A DNA stretch of 59,966 nucleotides, filler included, from Dimargaris cristalligena (lineage: Eukaryota), in assembly GCA_003614675.1 (NCBI GenBank). It is 4 parts of 4 records of this genome, joined end to end, with 100 filler letters (N's around TTAATTAATTAA, not from the genome) between each part and the next. Parts side by side here need not be neighbours in the genome. Positions count along the whole stretch, not along the records: positions 1 to 14,972 come from ML002922.1; positions 15,073 to 30,001 come from ML002923.1; 2 more parts are not named here. The stretch is one strand, 5' to 3'. Shown here one piece after another: positions 11,587 to 22,119 of the stretch. The position numbers were made by a program, and so were the translations under genes. Below the pieces are notes generated by a model. It did no database searches. It saw only the letters and a list, made by a program, of their open reading frames with translations, and was not told where the DNA came from. Positions within the stretch are counted from its first letter, which is position 1; each line of letters opens with the position of its first letter.

Positions 11587-14240
11587 TGAGGGTCGTCACC
11601 GATTCTTACCCGTATGTCCAATAGCCCAGCCGTAGGTTTCCCCTCGTCTCCTTTTATTATCAGTGAAATGGCATCCTTTTCATTTCTTTTTCCACCTTCA
11701 CGGACAATCCCGTCCACAAGGATTACTTCCGATTTAGTGTAGTTAGCCCTTTAGTCCATCTCCCAATGCTTTCGGTTGATTCATTAGTAAGTTTACGTCG
11801 CCACCATGCTGCGACTTCCCATTAGCCCATTCGGTAGTATGTTGTTATATTGTGTGTGTAAGCTATTTGGGTTTCTGTGAGAGACTGCCAATATATAGGA
11901 ACCAGTCACCAATCCAGCCATTATTCTCTATGCTTTGCGCAGCCAGATCCGGGAAAACCATCGTTATATAGTATGTTTGCTTACCGCCTCTAATGACCCG
12001 AAATACTTCACATCCCCATCATAGCCTGCCCATTCCTATTTTCTGTGCACTTTTAAACCCCAACTCTTAAGCCACTTAGTGCACTAAATAAATGTATTTT
12101 TATGAGAAAAATGGAGGGATCGTTATCATATTGATTTCAAAAATACTAGCTTACGAATCGGTACATATACCTATGTCTTTTTTTTTTCTTTCTGGTATTT
12201 TATGTTTTAGTCAATAGTTGCCTACTCAGCCTTTAAAGTGATATATATTGGCAGGGTCACTGTGTACCCGAGGGCAAACGTTTTCAGAGCAGGATGTACA
12301 GCTATAATTAGGGGCATGTAGCCCCAAACATTGTTCAGCACGTCCCAGTATACCACCACTTATATTTATGCACCAGATGCACTCAATTACCCGGTCATGC
12401 TATACCAAATTAATTACTGAATACCACCCGCTTACCCTTACATTTATAACCAGAGCTTACTGCCAGGTCATGAAACTCTCGTATCCTTGCATTCACTTGT
12501 ATTCTTCTTTGTTAAACCCTATACTAATTGCACTTATTATTATCATAGTTGGTGGAGGCATTCTTAGGAATAGGTATAGCCTTACTTTAAACGTCAAGGA
12601 TATAGTAGATGGACGAAATGTAATATTGGCCATACGCAGCTTATACCAACCACATGCCCATGATAGCGATACGAGCCCGGCTCTCCAAATTCTCTTACAA
12701 ACCTTAGACGCCGGGTCCGTGAGTGGGCTCATAAAATATGGGGCAGCACTGCTCTTCATTATTACCATCACCCAGCTCTTTTTGGGTGTACCTTCCTCAC
12801 CCTAGTCTAGTTGGCAGATTACTTTTTGGTATATTACCCCTCTCGCCTTCTGCACTATTCGGGTGAGTACCTCATCTCCACCAATCATTGTTTCCGCATT
12901 TCCTATGAGAAAAAGACCTGGAACTGTCAAATCTAGCTCTCAAAAACTTTTTTTCTAAAATGCAACTTCTCAGCCGATTATAGAGGCTATTCTGGGTCGG
13001 ATATACTACAATAAATCAGGCAAATTCTGTTCATTAAGTCAAGGGTGTTTGAGTCACTTCTGAATGATCACAATAGTCAACTTGAGGGAGGAAGGCACAT
13101 TGGCAGGGACCATTGGACTGGAGTTATTTGCAATCCTTAGATAGTAGGCAGTGCATAGACAAGGACATAAATGGGTGGAGGAGACAGTAACTTCATAAAT
13201 GAGAGAAATACAAACCTATTTTATGAGATGGGTCGAGTCCAGGTATATTACATATGGTGTGGGGTAATCTGTAACAGCACAACTTGGTATTTTGCTGTAG
13301 TTACTACCTACCCAGGTGCAGTTGGACCACATCACACTTCCTTTTGAAATTCCCGGAAATACAGGTATCAACAGTCAACCTTCTAGGCCAACCCTTAAAG
13401 GCCCATTTCATCAGTGTTGGCTATTATATCTGAGAGTCTTCAGGTCACCAGTAAAAACCATCCAGTGCTGCCTTTACTATTAGTTGTAGGTACATTCAGT
13501 ACAGTCTTTTCATGTATACTAAGTTTGGGACAATTTCCCATTTACAACTTATCTTATATTTATCAATTATTCAGCCACCCATCACTATGTGCTCACCATC
13601 AGTTAGTATCTCATGAATGGGTACCTCTCTTATAAAGATATTCCAACTGATTTCTAAAAAAAATTAGTTAGTAGTGAACCCTGGTCTTGCACTATCACAC
13701 CTAGTGGACTGCAGTAAAGATTCACAAGCAGCATATCACCTAATTAACCCAGACCCTATTTATTGTTACTAGTTAGTGGTAGATTAAGAGCTGGTATTGA
13801 CTAGCTAGACTATTAATTAACAACTATGTGTTTCAGCTATAATTGCAACTGCCCTTCACCATATATTACTCTAATAATATAGAAACAGGATATAGGTGAA
13901 TATTATATTAATGTATAAAACTAATAGTAATGGCATTGTATAGCCTCTATTGTCTGTGGTAATGATTTTTAGCTGCTGATTCCAATCAAGGTGTGCTGAT
14001 TTGAGAGAATTACACTATTGTATGATTTTAGATAACCCTCTATAGTCTATAATGGATTTACACCATTAATGAATAGCCCAAAGCATAATTAAACTGAAAA
14101 ATTGACATAGCTTTTAAACTATGTGAATATTTTAAGTATTTTAATAATCATGTTAACTATCCTTAGTAGGCAGTGGGTTATCTAGTGGTAGATCTTTCTA
14201 TATATGGGATATACTGTACCAGCTAATAGGAATTGCCTAT

Positions 14241-14755
14241 GGGGCTTAGGTTCAGCCAAGCAGGTCCTAGTGCTAGGTAAGGGCATGATATTAACTAATA
14301 AAGGTTTATTGCATGCAGGTATATGCAAGGGTTGTGCAGCAGGCACACTTACTAGTCAGTATAAAGGGAGTGAGTGTATATAACATTTATTGGAATAAAC
14401 TAAGGGGTCAGAATAAGCTAAGGAATTGAGCTGGTCCCAATGGGGGCTGGTTATATATATATAGGGGATGACTCTAAAGGGAGGTCCCTGGGGGAAGGTA
14501 CTACTAAACTGTAGTATATACCAACTAAATGGCTTCATATTAGGAAGGCTTTCATGGGAACCAGAAGAGTCTTTGGATTGGCAGGTTAAGTGTTTTGTGT
14601 AAAGTATTGGGGCCAGATGGAGAAGAGTTATATAATGAATAATGATCCCATTGTACCAGGGGTGACTATGGCACAATAAGGCCTAATAAGGGTGGATGAT
14701 CATTAAGTCCAGATTTAGGTCAGACTAGGAGGGCCAATAATAACATCCATTAATA
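14241..14755 (+). mobile_element. Degenerate LTR-like dispersed repeat, segment L, copy 1
   Basis: Aligns by eye with 58113-58634 and with the reverse complement of 44157-44672. Shared blocks include ATGCAAGG..GCAGCAGGCACACTTAC, GGGAGGTCCC, GATCCCAT.GTACCAGGGGTGACTATGG and AAGGCCTAATAAGGGTGGA. Central TATATA tract; no CpG. Confidence 0.75.
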
Positions 14756-14760
14756 ATAAA

Positions 14761-14972
14761 TAACAAGTATGTCACCCCTCCTAACCCGACCTAATCCATC
14801 CGCTAATGATTGCCATCATAGCAGGCTGTATAGCACCATATTGTACCCCCAGTCCTAATGGGGCCGGACATCATATATATCATCTTACTGGCCGGACCCC
14901 CCTGGAGTTTGCATTACTCACTCCTCTGGTGATCTTAGTGTCTTCCAGTTCCCATGGAAGCCTCCACTTGTA
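14761..14972 (-). mobile_element. Partial inverted copy of the same repeat, cut by the contig end
   Basis: 14776-14810 (CCCTCCTAACCCGACCTAA..TAATGAT) matches the reverse complement of ~14696-14733. 14941-14965 (TCTTCCAGTTCCCATGGAAGCCTCC) matches the reverse complement of ~14543-14568. Confidence 0.65.
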
Positions 14973-15072
14973 NNNNNNNNNNNNNNNNNNNNNNNNNNNN
15001 NNNNNNNNNNNNNNNNTTAATTAATTAANNNNNNNNNNNNNNNNNNNNNNNNNNNNNNNNNNNNNNNNNNNN
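14973..15072. other. Artificial contig spacer (44 N + TTAATTAATTAA + 44 N)
   Basis: The identical 100-nt structure occurs three times, and the core gives stop codons in all six frames. Confidence 0.97.
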
Positions 15073-15713
15073 AATAGGAGGGCCCGTTGGAGGACAGGGA
15101 TAGACCACAGCTGCTGCCACCACCCTAGCTTGAACTCACCGTTGTTGTTAGCACCACCCTTACCGTCGCCGTCCTCGCCGGTGGACCGATTCTGGATCAG
15201 AAGACCCGTCCCGAACAATACCAGGGCGATTGTGACGATAAGCCCGGTGTATTTCGCCGCATTGCCGATGCGACCGCCCAGACTCGTTTCCAGGTCATTT
15301 TCCTCGTAAAAGAAGTAGACGAGCGGAATCGCCACCAGGGCCAACACCACCACGGTACCCAAGAAGGACCCGTGGGCGACCCGCAGACCGCCCTGCCATT
15401 GGGCGAGGAAGTCCGGCGTAGCCCAGGGGTACTTGAGACCGGTGGTGGGGTCCAGTGTGGCGGACACCCAGAGGGCATCGACGGCGGGGAGGGCGGCCCA
15501 GGCCAAACCCACCCAGACGGCCCCGGTGGCTAACAACGAGGATGCGAGGTCGGTTTCTTCGGGGTCGCGGAGCCAGTAAATGAGGCCGACACTGACGAGT
15601 AAAAGGATACCGCAGAGGGCGGCGTAGAGTAGAGCACTGGTGGTGAAGAGGGTCGTGGGACTGTCCGGTACCAGGAAATGGAAGGGAGCCGTCAGCCACG
15701 GGGAAAACGACAT
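15073..15713 (-). CDS. LMBRD1: LMBR1-family membrane protein, LMBRD1-type (probable lysosomal cobalamin transporter); 3' part lost at contig end
   Basis: ATG at 15713 (MSFSPWLTAP...). TM helices with ALPAVDALWVSAT..TGLKYPWATP, AIPLVYFFYEEND and RIGNAAKYT resemble fungal LMBD1. The frame stays open up to the spacer. Confidence 0.8.
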
Positions 15714-15813
15714 GGTGGTAAGAAGAGCGAATATATAGATATAGCTATCAATAAAGGAATACCGCTGATAGATTTTAAGGGAGCGGGAAGACAAGTATAG
15801 TGAGAGTGAGTAA

Positions 15814-15855
15814 GGAGTGGGAGTGGGAGTGGGAGTAGGAGTAGGAGTAGGAGTG
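15814..15855 (+). repeat. Hexamer microsatellite (GGAGTR)7 upstream of the LMBRD1-like gene
   Basis: GGAGTG x3, GGAGTA x3, GGAGTG, read directly. Confidence 0.9.
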
Positions 15856-16992
15856 AAACAATAGCAATGACAAGCCAAAAGGGGCTTTTAGGCAGCGTGG
15901 AAAACAGAACAGGTTAGCAAGCAGGAGAATCGCACAAGGCCGAAGTGCCGAAAAGAATGCAAGGGCGTATAAGCCAAGGTGGGCGGGTGTTGTGACGCTA
16001 GCGGAAAGTCTAGAGCTCTTTTTCTATCCTCAGTGTAGGAAAAGTGAAACACAGAGACACCGCCACTGGTAGAGCGGAGCAGGAATTGGAAGGGGAGGGG
16101 GGTTCAGGTGCAAGGGGAGGAAAGGAAATAGCGGGGCCTAGAAAAGGTTCGTTAAAGTAGGACGTTAGGAAAGCACTGACAGCAAAAAAGCAATATGGGG
16201 AAGCTGGGGGATACGTAGAATAAAGGTAAATTTGGTTGCAAGCGTTAGAAAGAGCGCAGTTCGTTATAATACACGGAAGAAATGAAAGAGAGAAGAAAAT
16301 AGAATTGCGTTGGCAGGGCAAAGGAAGTATAGAGTAGCAGCAGGTCTTACGAAAGAGGGAGAGAAGGAAGTGCCGGGTTGCGAACGGCTTGGAGAAAGTG
16401 TGGTAGAATGTGGGCCACATGCAGCTGCCCACAGCATATTCCCTGTTCTTAGTATACTATTTCCCTTCCCTATTTTGCCTTACTACAGAAGTGACGAGAT
16501 ACATTGGCATTACGTAGACATTACATTACTTATTACCCATCTATTAAACACCTGGAGGATCAAGCAAGGAACCAGCAACTGGTGGAATTGGCGCACTATC
16601 TTGGTCACAATAGCCTACTTCATCTAATATTCTCCGACCTTCAACGTCTCTGCGCTATTACCTTTCCAAAATTACCCCGCAGGCGTCGTCTCGTCGTGAC
16701 TCGCATGGGCTCGACTGGACCCTTTAAATGATTCACACCCCTAGTCGATCCACTCCCTACTCCCGTAGCAGCTTATGCTTATTATAGGCAGCATCAGGGA
16801 GGGTAGGGTATCGCTCCTCCACTCTATTGACTGGCCTTTTGTGAACGCGGCCGATCCATGCAACTCCAGGATCAAACAAACCTTGGATAAACTGCTCCCA
16901 ACTTTGACACTTCCATTTTGGGCTCTTTCGTACGATCTATTCCGTCCGTGAGTGGATGTTTCAAGGCCTTGCCATACACAAAACCCCAACCA

Positions 16993-16994
<2 letters not shown>

Positions 16995-17022
<28 letters not shown>
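16995..17022. repeat. (TA)14 microsatellite
   Basis: Read directly. Confidence 0.9.
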
Positions 17023-17026
<4 letters not shown>

Positions 17027-17471
17027 ATACCACCCAACCATCTACTCTAATAAAAGACACCAGGAAAAGGTCAAATCTTGATCATTCAACCGGTGCATCG
17101 TAAAAGGGGAATCTAATCCATTGGCGGTAAAAATAGGGGGGGGGGTAGCTTACCTATCTGTGTACTGATATAAATACACGGCCATAGTCGCATTCTCTAT
17201 CAACACATCGAGCCACGAAGAGAGAATAGTCCTCCATAATAACGAATGCAATTGAAATATTTATAATGACAATCTACCACACCCCATCCTATTGCTCTAG
17301 GGGATGCAATATCAGAGAAATGGGCGTAAAAAAAGAGTTGTGGGCAAAGATGCCCCAAATAAACACAGAAGATAAAGCCAATCAAATCTGTCTGGAAGTC
17401 GCATTAAATAGTTAATATATATTTATAAAAGAAAAGGGGTGGAGAGACCAGTGTTAGCAAGATCCAGCCAT

Positions 17472-19478
17472 TCAAAGCTGCGCTTTAGCACCACTTTGGA
17501 ACAATCCCCGCATTTCCTCGGCCGCCTCTTCAAGACAGCCGCACAACTTAGTAGCCGCACCCTGACCCAGACCATCCGTGGGACAGGTAATATTAAAATG
17601 CAGCGAATCGTCCTTGATCATATAGGCCAGGCCAAACCCATCGGGAACGACTTCACCGTAGCCCCAGCCGTCAAAGTGCTTGCTGCTAAGCTGGGAAGTC
17701 GACAGGTTCCAGTGGCACGATTTAGCGAACACCGGGTCTTGGAATAGGGCCGGCCGTTCTTCGCCGGGCTTGAGGCACATGCGGAGTCCGAACAGGTGGC
17801 GGTCCACGCCGCGACCCTCGGCGGCTTCCTTCATGTAGGCCGAGTGGGCGTTGATGGCCACCCGGGCCAGCTCCAGTCGCTGGGCCGCCGGAGTCGACGA
17901 AGAGGCCATGGCGTGGACCCAGGCCACCGATTCATTCGATACACTGCGGCACACTTCGGTACGGCCCTGGGCGAATTTGCGGGTTTGAACGGATTCGTAG
18001 GTGGCATTGCAAACGCCGTACATTTTATAGTAGGCCAACTGCATCAGCATCTGGACGTAGGAATCGGGACTGGCCCGGAATGCCTTGATCAGGTTCTTGC
18101 CATAACCCTGGTAGGCCAGCACCCGAAGCTGGTGATTATCAATCATTCGATCAAAATCACGGCCGGCCTGGTCAATGGCCTGGCGAACAGTAGCGTCAAA
18201 GTGGAAATCCAACCGGTTGGGCTGGGCCAGCGAAGTACCAGCAGTGGACACCGATGGGGAAGAGGTGGCTTGCTGGTAGTTTTGCGGAGCATGGTCCAAA
18301 ATGTAATTACACAGACGGCTGGTGGCAGTACCGTCCATACCGGCGTGCTCACCCAGGAACCCAGCCTTGCCATTATCGTTCACAATAAACTGGAGCGACT
18401 TATCGTAAAAACGGTTGCGGCCATCACCATGCCAGCAGGTGCGGCTATGGGCATCGCGGGTGGAGGGAGTGGTGTCGTCTAGGCAGATCAGATAGGCCGA
18501 ACCTTCGAGCTGTTCCAGTAGAGTAACGTTACGGACGTCCGCGGCCAGGAGACTGGCACGGTGAGTAGCCCAACTGTCCCGGTTCTGGGAGGTTAGCACG
18601 CCCAGGGCGGGCGTGGTCCCTGCCGAAGGGGTCGGTTTGCTTTGGTCAATGATACGCTGGAACTGCGTTTCCCATTCGGCCAGAGTCAAAGGGCGGCGGG
18701 ATCCATCGGCGTTGGTATGGAGAGTGGGGATAGTGTAGAATTGATTGCGACGCACCACGGCGATATGTTCATTGTGACTGGGCGAATAATTCCGCAGGTA
18801 ATCGACATTGGGGGCGGGAATGCGGCAGGTGTTGAACATATTCTTGTAGGAAGCCATACACAGCGGTTGCTTGCGGATCGCCTCGGGGCTTAGGGTCTCA
18901 TTAACCACTTGCTCACGGAACATCTGGGCGGCGAAAGCGATATCGGCCGCCCGCTGGGCCGGGCGAGAACGAGCAACGTCGTCCACAAAGGCGTAAAAAT
19001 AACTGACGAAAATCACCACGGGGTCGCGTACCCGCAGATAGGCAATATCATTCCACCAATCGGCCAGCCAGTTGGGCATGCCTGGTTGCTGGGCGCGGGC
19101 CAACAAACGCTTCTGTAACACCTGGCCTTCGGGGCTGGCGATGAATTGCTCGACCACCTGCCGACTTTTAGCAAACTCGGGCTGGCTGAGGAATGGCTGA
19201 ATAGTTTGGATGTATTTACGGCCCGTTTCGTCCAGGCTAGGGACGGGCAGGTGGGGCAGTTCACCTTGGTGTTGGTAGAGGGGGCGAGGTGACTTGCCCC
19301 CCGCCGACTGGGGATTGGCGGTGGTGGAGGCCGAGGGAGTAGCGGGCTGGGTCATGGCGGAGTAGAGGCGGAGGTTTGCCAACCGCGGGAACGTAGGTGG
19401 GGCAGGGAAAGTGGGGCGGCGAGGAGCGCAACGGGCCTGGAGCGAAAAGCGGGTAGTTGGGGTGCGCAACAAAGACAT
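17472..19478 (-). CDS. CAT2: Carnitine O-acetyltransferase (mitochondrial/peroxisomal)
   Basis: 668-aa intronless ORF with LPHLPVPSL, NWLADWW, NRFYDKSLQFIV, catalytic EHAGMDGT, TYESVQTRKFAQGRTEVCRS, GRGVDRHLFGL and GYGEVVPDGFGLAY. Arg-rich N-terminal presequence; C-terminal -KAQL. Confidence 0.95.
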   Translation of the reverse strand: MSLLRTPTTRFSLQARCAPRRPTFPAPPTFPRLANLRLYSAMTQPATPSASTTANPQSAGGKSPRPLYQHQGELPHLPVPSLDETGRKYIQTIQPFLSQPEFAKSRQVVEQFIASPEGQVLQKRLLARAQQPGMPNWLADWWNDIAYLRVRDPVVIFVSYFYAFVDDVARSRPAQRAADIAFAAQMFREQVVNETLSPEAIRKQPLCMASYKNMFNTCRIPAPNVDYLRNYSPSHNEHIAVVRRNQFYTIPTLHTNADGSRRPLTLAEWETQFQRIIDQSKPTPSAGTTPALGVLTSQNRDSWATHRASLLAADVRNVTLLEQLEGSAYLICLDDTTPSTRDAHSRTCWHGDGRNRFYDKSLQFIVNDNGKAGFLGEHAGMDGTATSRLCNYILDHAPQNYQQATSSPSVSTAGTSLAQPNRLDFHFDATVRQAIDQAGRDFDRMIDNHQLRVLAYQGYGKNLIKAFRASPDSYVQMLMQLAYYKMYGVCNATYESVQTRKFAQGRTEVCRSVSNESVAWVHAMASSSTPAAQRLELARVAINAHSAYMKEAAEGRGVDRHLFGLRMCLKPGEERPALFQDPVFAKSCHWNLSTSQLSSKHFDGWGYGEVVPDGFGLAYMIKDDSLHFNITCPTDGLGQGAATKLCGCLEEAAEEMRGLFQSGAKAQL

Positions 19479-22119
19479 GGCAGGCTATTTAGTTGTAGGT
19501 TGGGGGGGAGGGAGGCGAGAAGTCCGTGGCCCGGAAATAGGAAATAGAAATCAAGGTTATTAGTAAGCCGAGTTGCAAATGGTGGACTGAGCGGGTAATT
19601 GCCGGATACTAGGGTAAGGGCAGGGTTAATACGCCGGGCAATGAAGCAACAGGTAGGAATGAGCAACAATCGATTGACCCTTGTCAATGAGGAGACTGGG
19701 TGGGTGGTGGTGTAACTGTCAAGAAACTGGGCCAAGGGCGCAGGCAGCGAAAACGATGTTATTCGAAAGAGAGCAGGAAACTCGGGGAGGCTGGGGTTTT
19801 AGAGGGTAAACGAGCAAACCACTTGGAGCATGGGCCATATAATATATCTCTACGCCTAATGATATAAGGGTCGCCAACTCGAAGCAATGAAATGCCATAA
19901 TATTTTTCGTATTGGGAAAATGCCAGTGTGCACAGCACCACCAGCTCGGGGCAGAATGATTGGCCTCCTTCCTCTATCCACAGCTCCGTGACGCCAATTC
20001 CCAAGTCCTAGAGTCTCGGGAGTGTATGCCGGGGTGTAGTAAATGGAAGAAGACACGGGAAGGATATTTCGATATGCAAGTGGGGCGCCAGATGACCAAA
20101 CAGATGCACAAGACCCACCGCACACCCATACTCCTCATTGATTTTGCAAGGATACCAGACCAGCCGCATGTGTCAACCCGGGAAATGAGGAGCCGAAACT
20201 TGAGTTTTAACCTGCAACCCCTTCATGCACAGGCTAGTCCCTCAAACCAAACAGCTGGGGAATATATAAATAAATGGTCGCCGTCAAAAGCCAGGCCCGG
20301 GTGATGGAATGGGGGTAATATTATTAGTGGTAATAAATCATACTTACCCTAAGCGGCACGAAAACTTTAGAGAGTTATGGCGAGGGTAGAGCCGAAGACG
20401 AGGAATGAACAAGGGAAGGGAGCTGTGGCCAGAAGGAGTACAGTATATAATAAATGGATAACACAAAGTGAATGATGGTATAGAGAACGGGTATAACTAC
20501 TAGAGACACAAACGAGAGTGTGAGGAGGGGGGAGAAGGAGGATTAAATAGCATCATGGTTGGTGGTTCTTCTTGAAGGGAGAGGAGTGGATTGACACGAG
20601 CAGCCAAAGAGCACGAACCCTGCCCGGGTCTGGTTGTATGCTATATGCTACGGAAGAGTAGAATAGAGTGGTGTACTTTATCTTTGGCTGCTCACCTAAT
20701 CTCTCTCTCTCTCTCTCTCTTCGTGATTCGGCTGGGGCCCCCGTCGTTAGGCAGCGGCCTGGCTTTTCCTTTCCCCGTCTTGTTCCCTCCGTTCCCGGCG
20801 AACATAAGAGACGCCGACTCTCTCGGTAGATTAATGCTTTGGGCCCATTAGCTTATCATCATCCCACGAAGCTCAGCAGGTCCACTCTATCTATTGGAGC
20901 GATAGATAAACACCACTTAATGCCTTTACACTCACCTACCTGCCCTATGGAATCGGACGCGTGACAAACCCCATTTTACCTAGGAATATATATAATACGA
21001 ACTAGGATTCTGATTGGCATGTGAAGTCCCTGGCTGGCCGGCGTCACATGTCGGGCAAATAGAGGAGGTAGTATAAGGTAATTTGCTCAGGCCTACTGCA
21101 CATATAGAAATTATCCACATCACCAATAAATAGCCGGTGGGTGTGGGGGCCCTTATTTGTCGCTTTTGGGCAGTCTCATTTTATTAGGAGAGAGGTACGC
21201 GTAACGTCCTGACCTGACCAAGTCCCACCCTAATTATATAAGAGGCACATTGGTAAAAATGATTCCACATTTCCGAAGACCCAAGGAACATGGGCGAAGC
21301 GGATGGCGGCAGTACCTGCCAAGCAGTCGTTGGACCCGCCGCCGGTTTCGGACTCCCAAACCTCCCTGAATACCGGTGGTTTCACACTGTGCCCTACTCA
21401 CCCTGACCATATTCGGAAGACCAGCCAAGCGATTGGAAGGGAATATATATGATCGTATAATAGGAAATATAGATGTGGAGGGAGTAGTGGTGGAAAAATC
21501 ACAGCATAAAATCTGGTCAAGCCCATCCACGATAAATAGGGCCGGTACCATTTTCTATATAGGGTGTGGTCCAATTAAGCCCGTGTTCTATGAAAATCGA
21601 CCGGTGGTTGCTACTACCACCACACGTGCACACCCACCTATCGAAATTCAGGCAGTGCTGCGTCGTGAAAGCAATAGTTTAAGTTCCCTATTGTTTTCCA
21701 TGGGAAATTCTGGGCAGAAATGGCCATAAGCCCCCGCAAGCTAAAGGCGGGGGATCAACCCTACCACTCCCGGCCTATCACACTGCATCGCTTCCCTTGC
21801 TATTATCCTCCCCCCTTTCTCCCTTAGATGGCTTGAATATCCCCCTCCCCTTTTATACAGTGTATGTGTATTAATTGGCCCCGAACTTTCTAGTACTAAC
21901 GAATTCTAGTTCAGCCTAATGCAACTGCAGTCAGCACCATTGGTTCCAATTCTCTCTTAGTATACTGTCTGTTGTATTGCTTACTACTGGTCCTTTCCTT
22001 TGTTATCGGTTTCCTACATCCGCTACTTTATTCCATCCGGCTTTTATATAAAATACTAGTTGTTTTTTTTTGTATTACCACAGCCCCTCTCCTCACCCAC
22101 CCCATTGTTCAACTCCGCT

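Noticed and set aside
12368-12805. 145-aa ORF, and a stop-interrupted opposite-strand frame, as a possible transposase relic
   Set aside because: No recognisable motif, and the stop frequency in the broken frame is no lower than random expectation.
15017-15028. TTAATTAATTAA as a piggyBac-type TTAA site or biological palindrome
   Set aside because: It sits centred in N runs, identically three times; an artificial linker.
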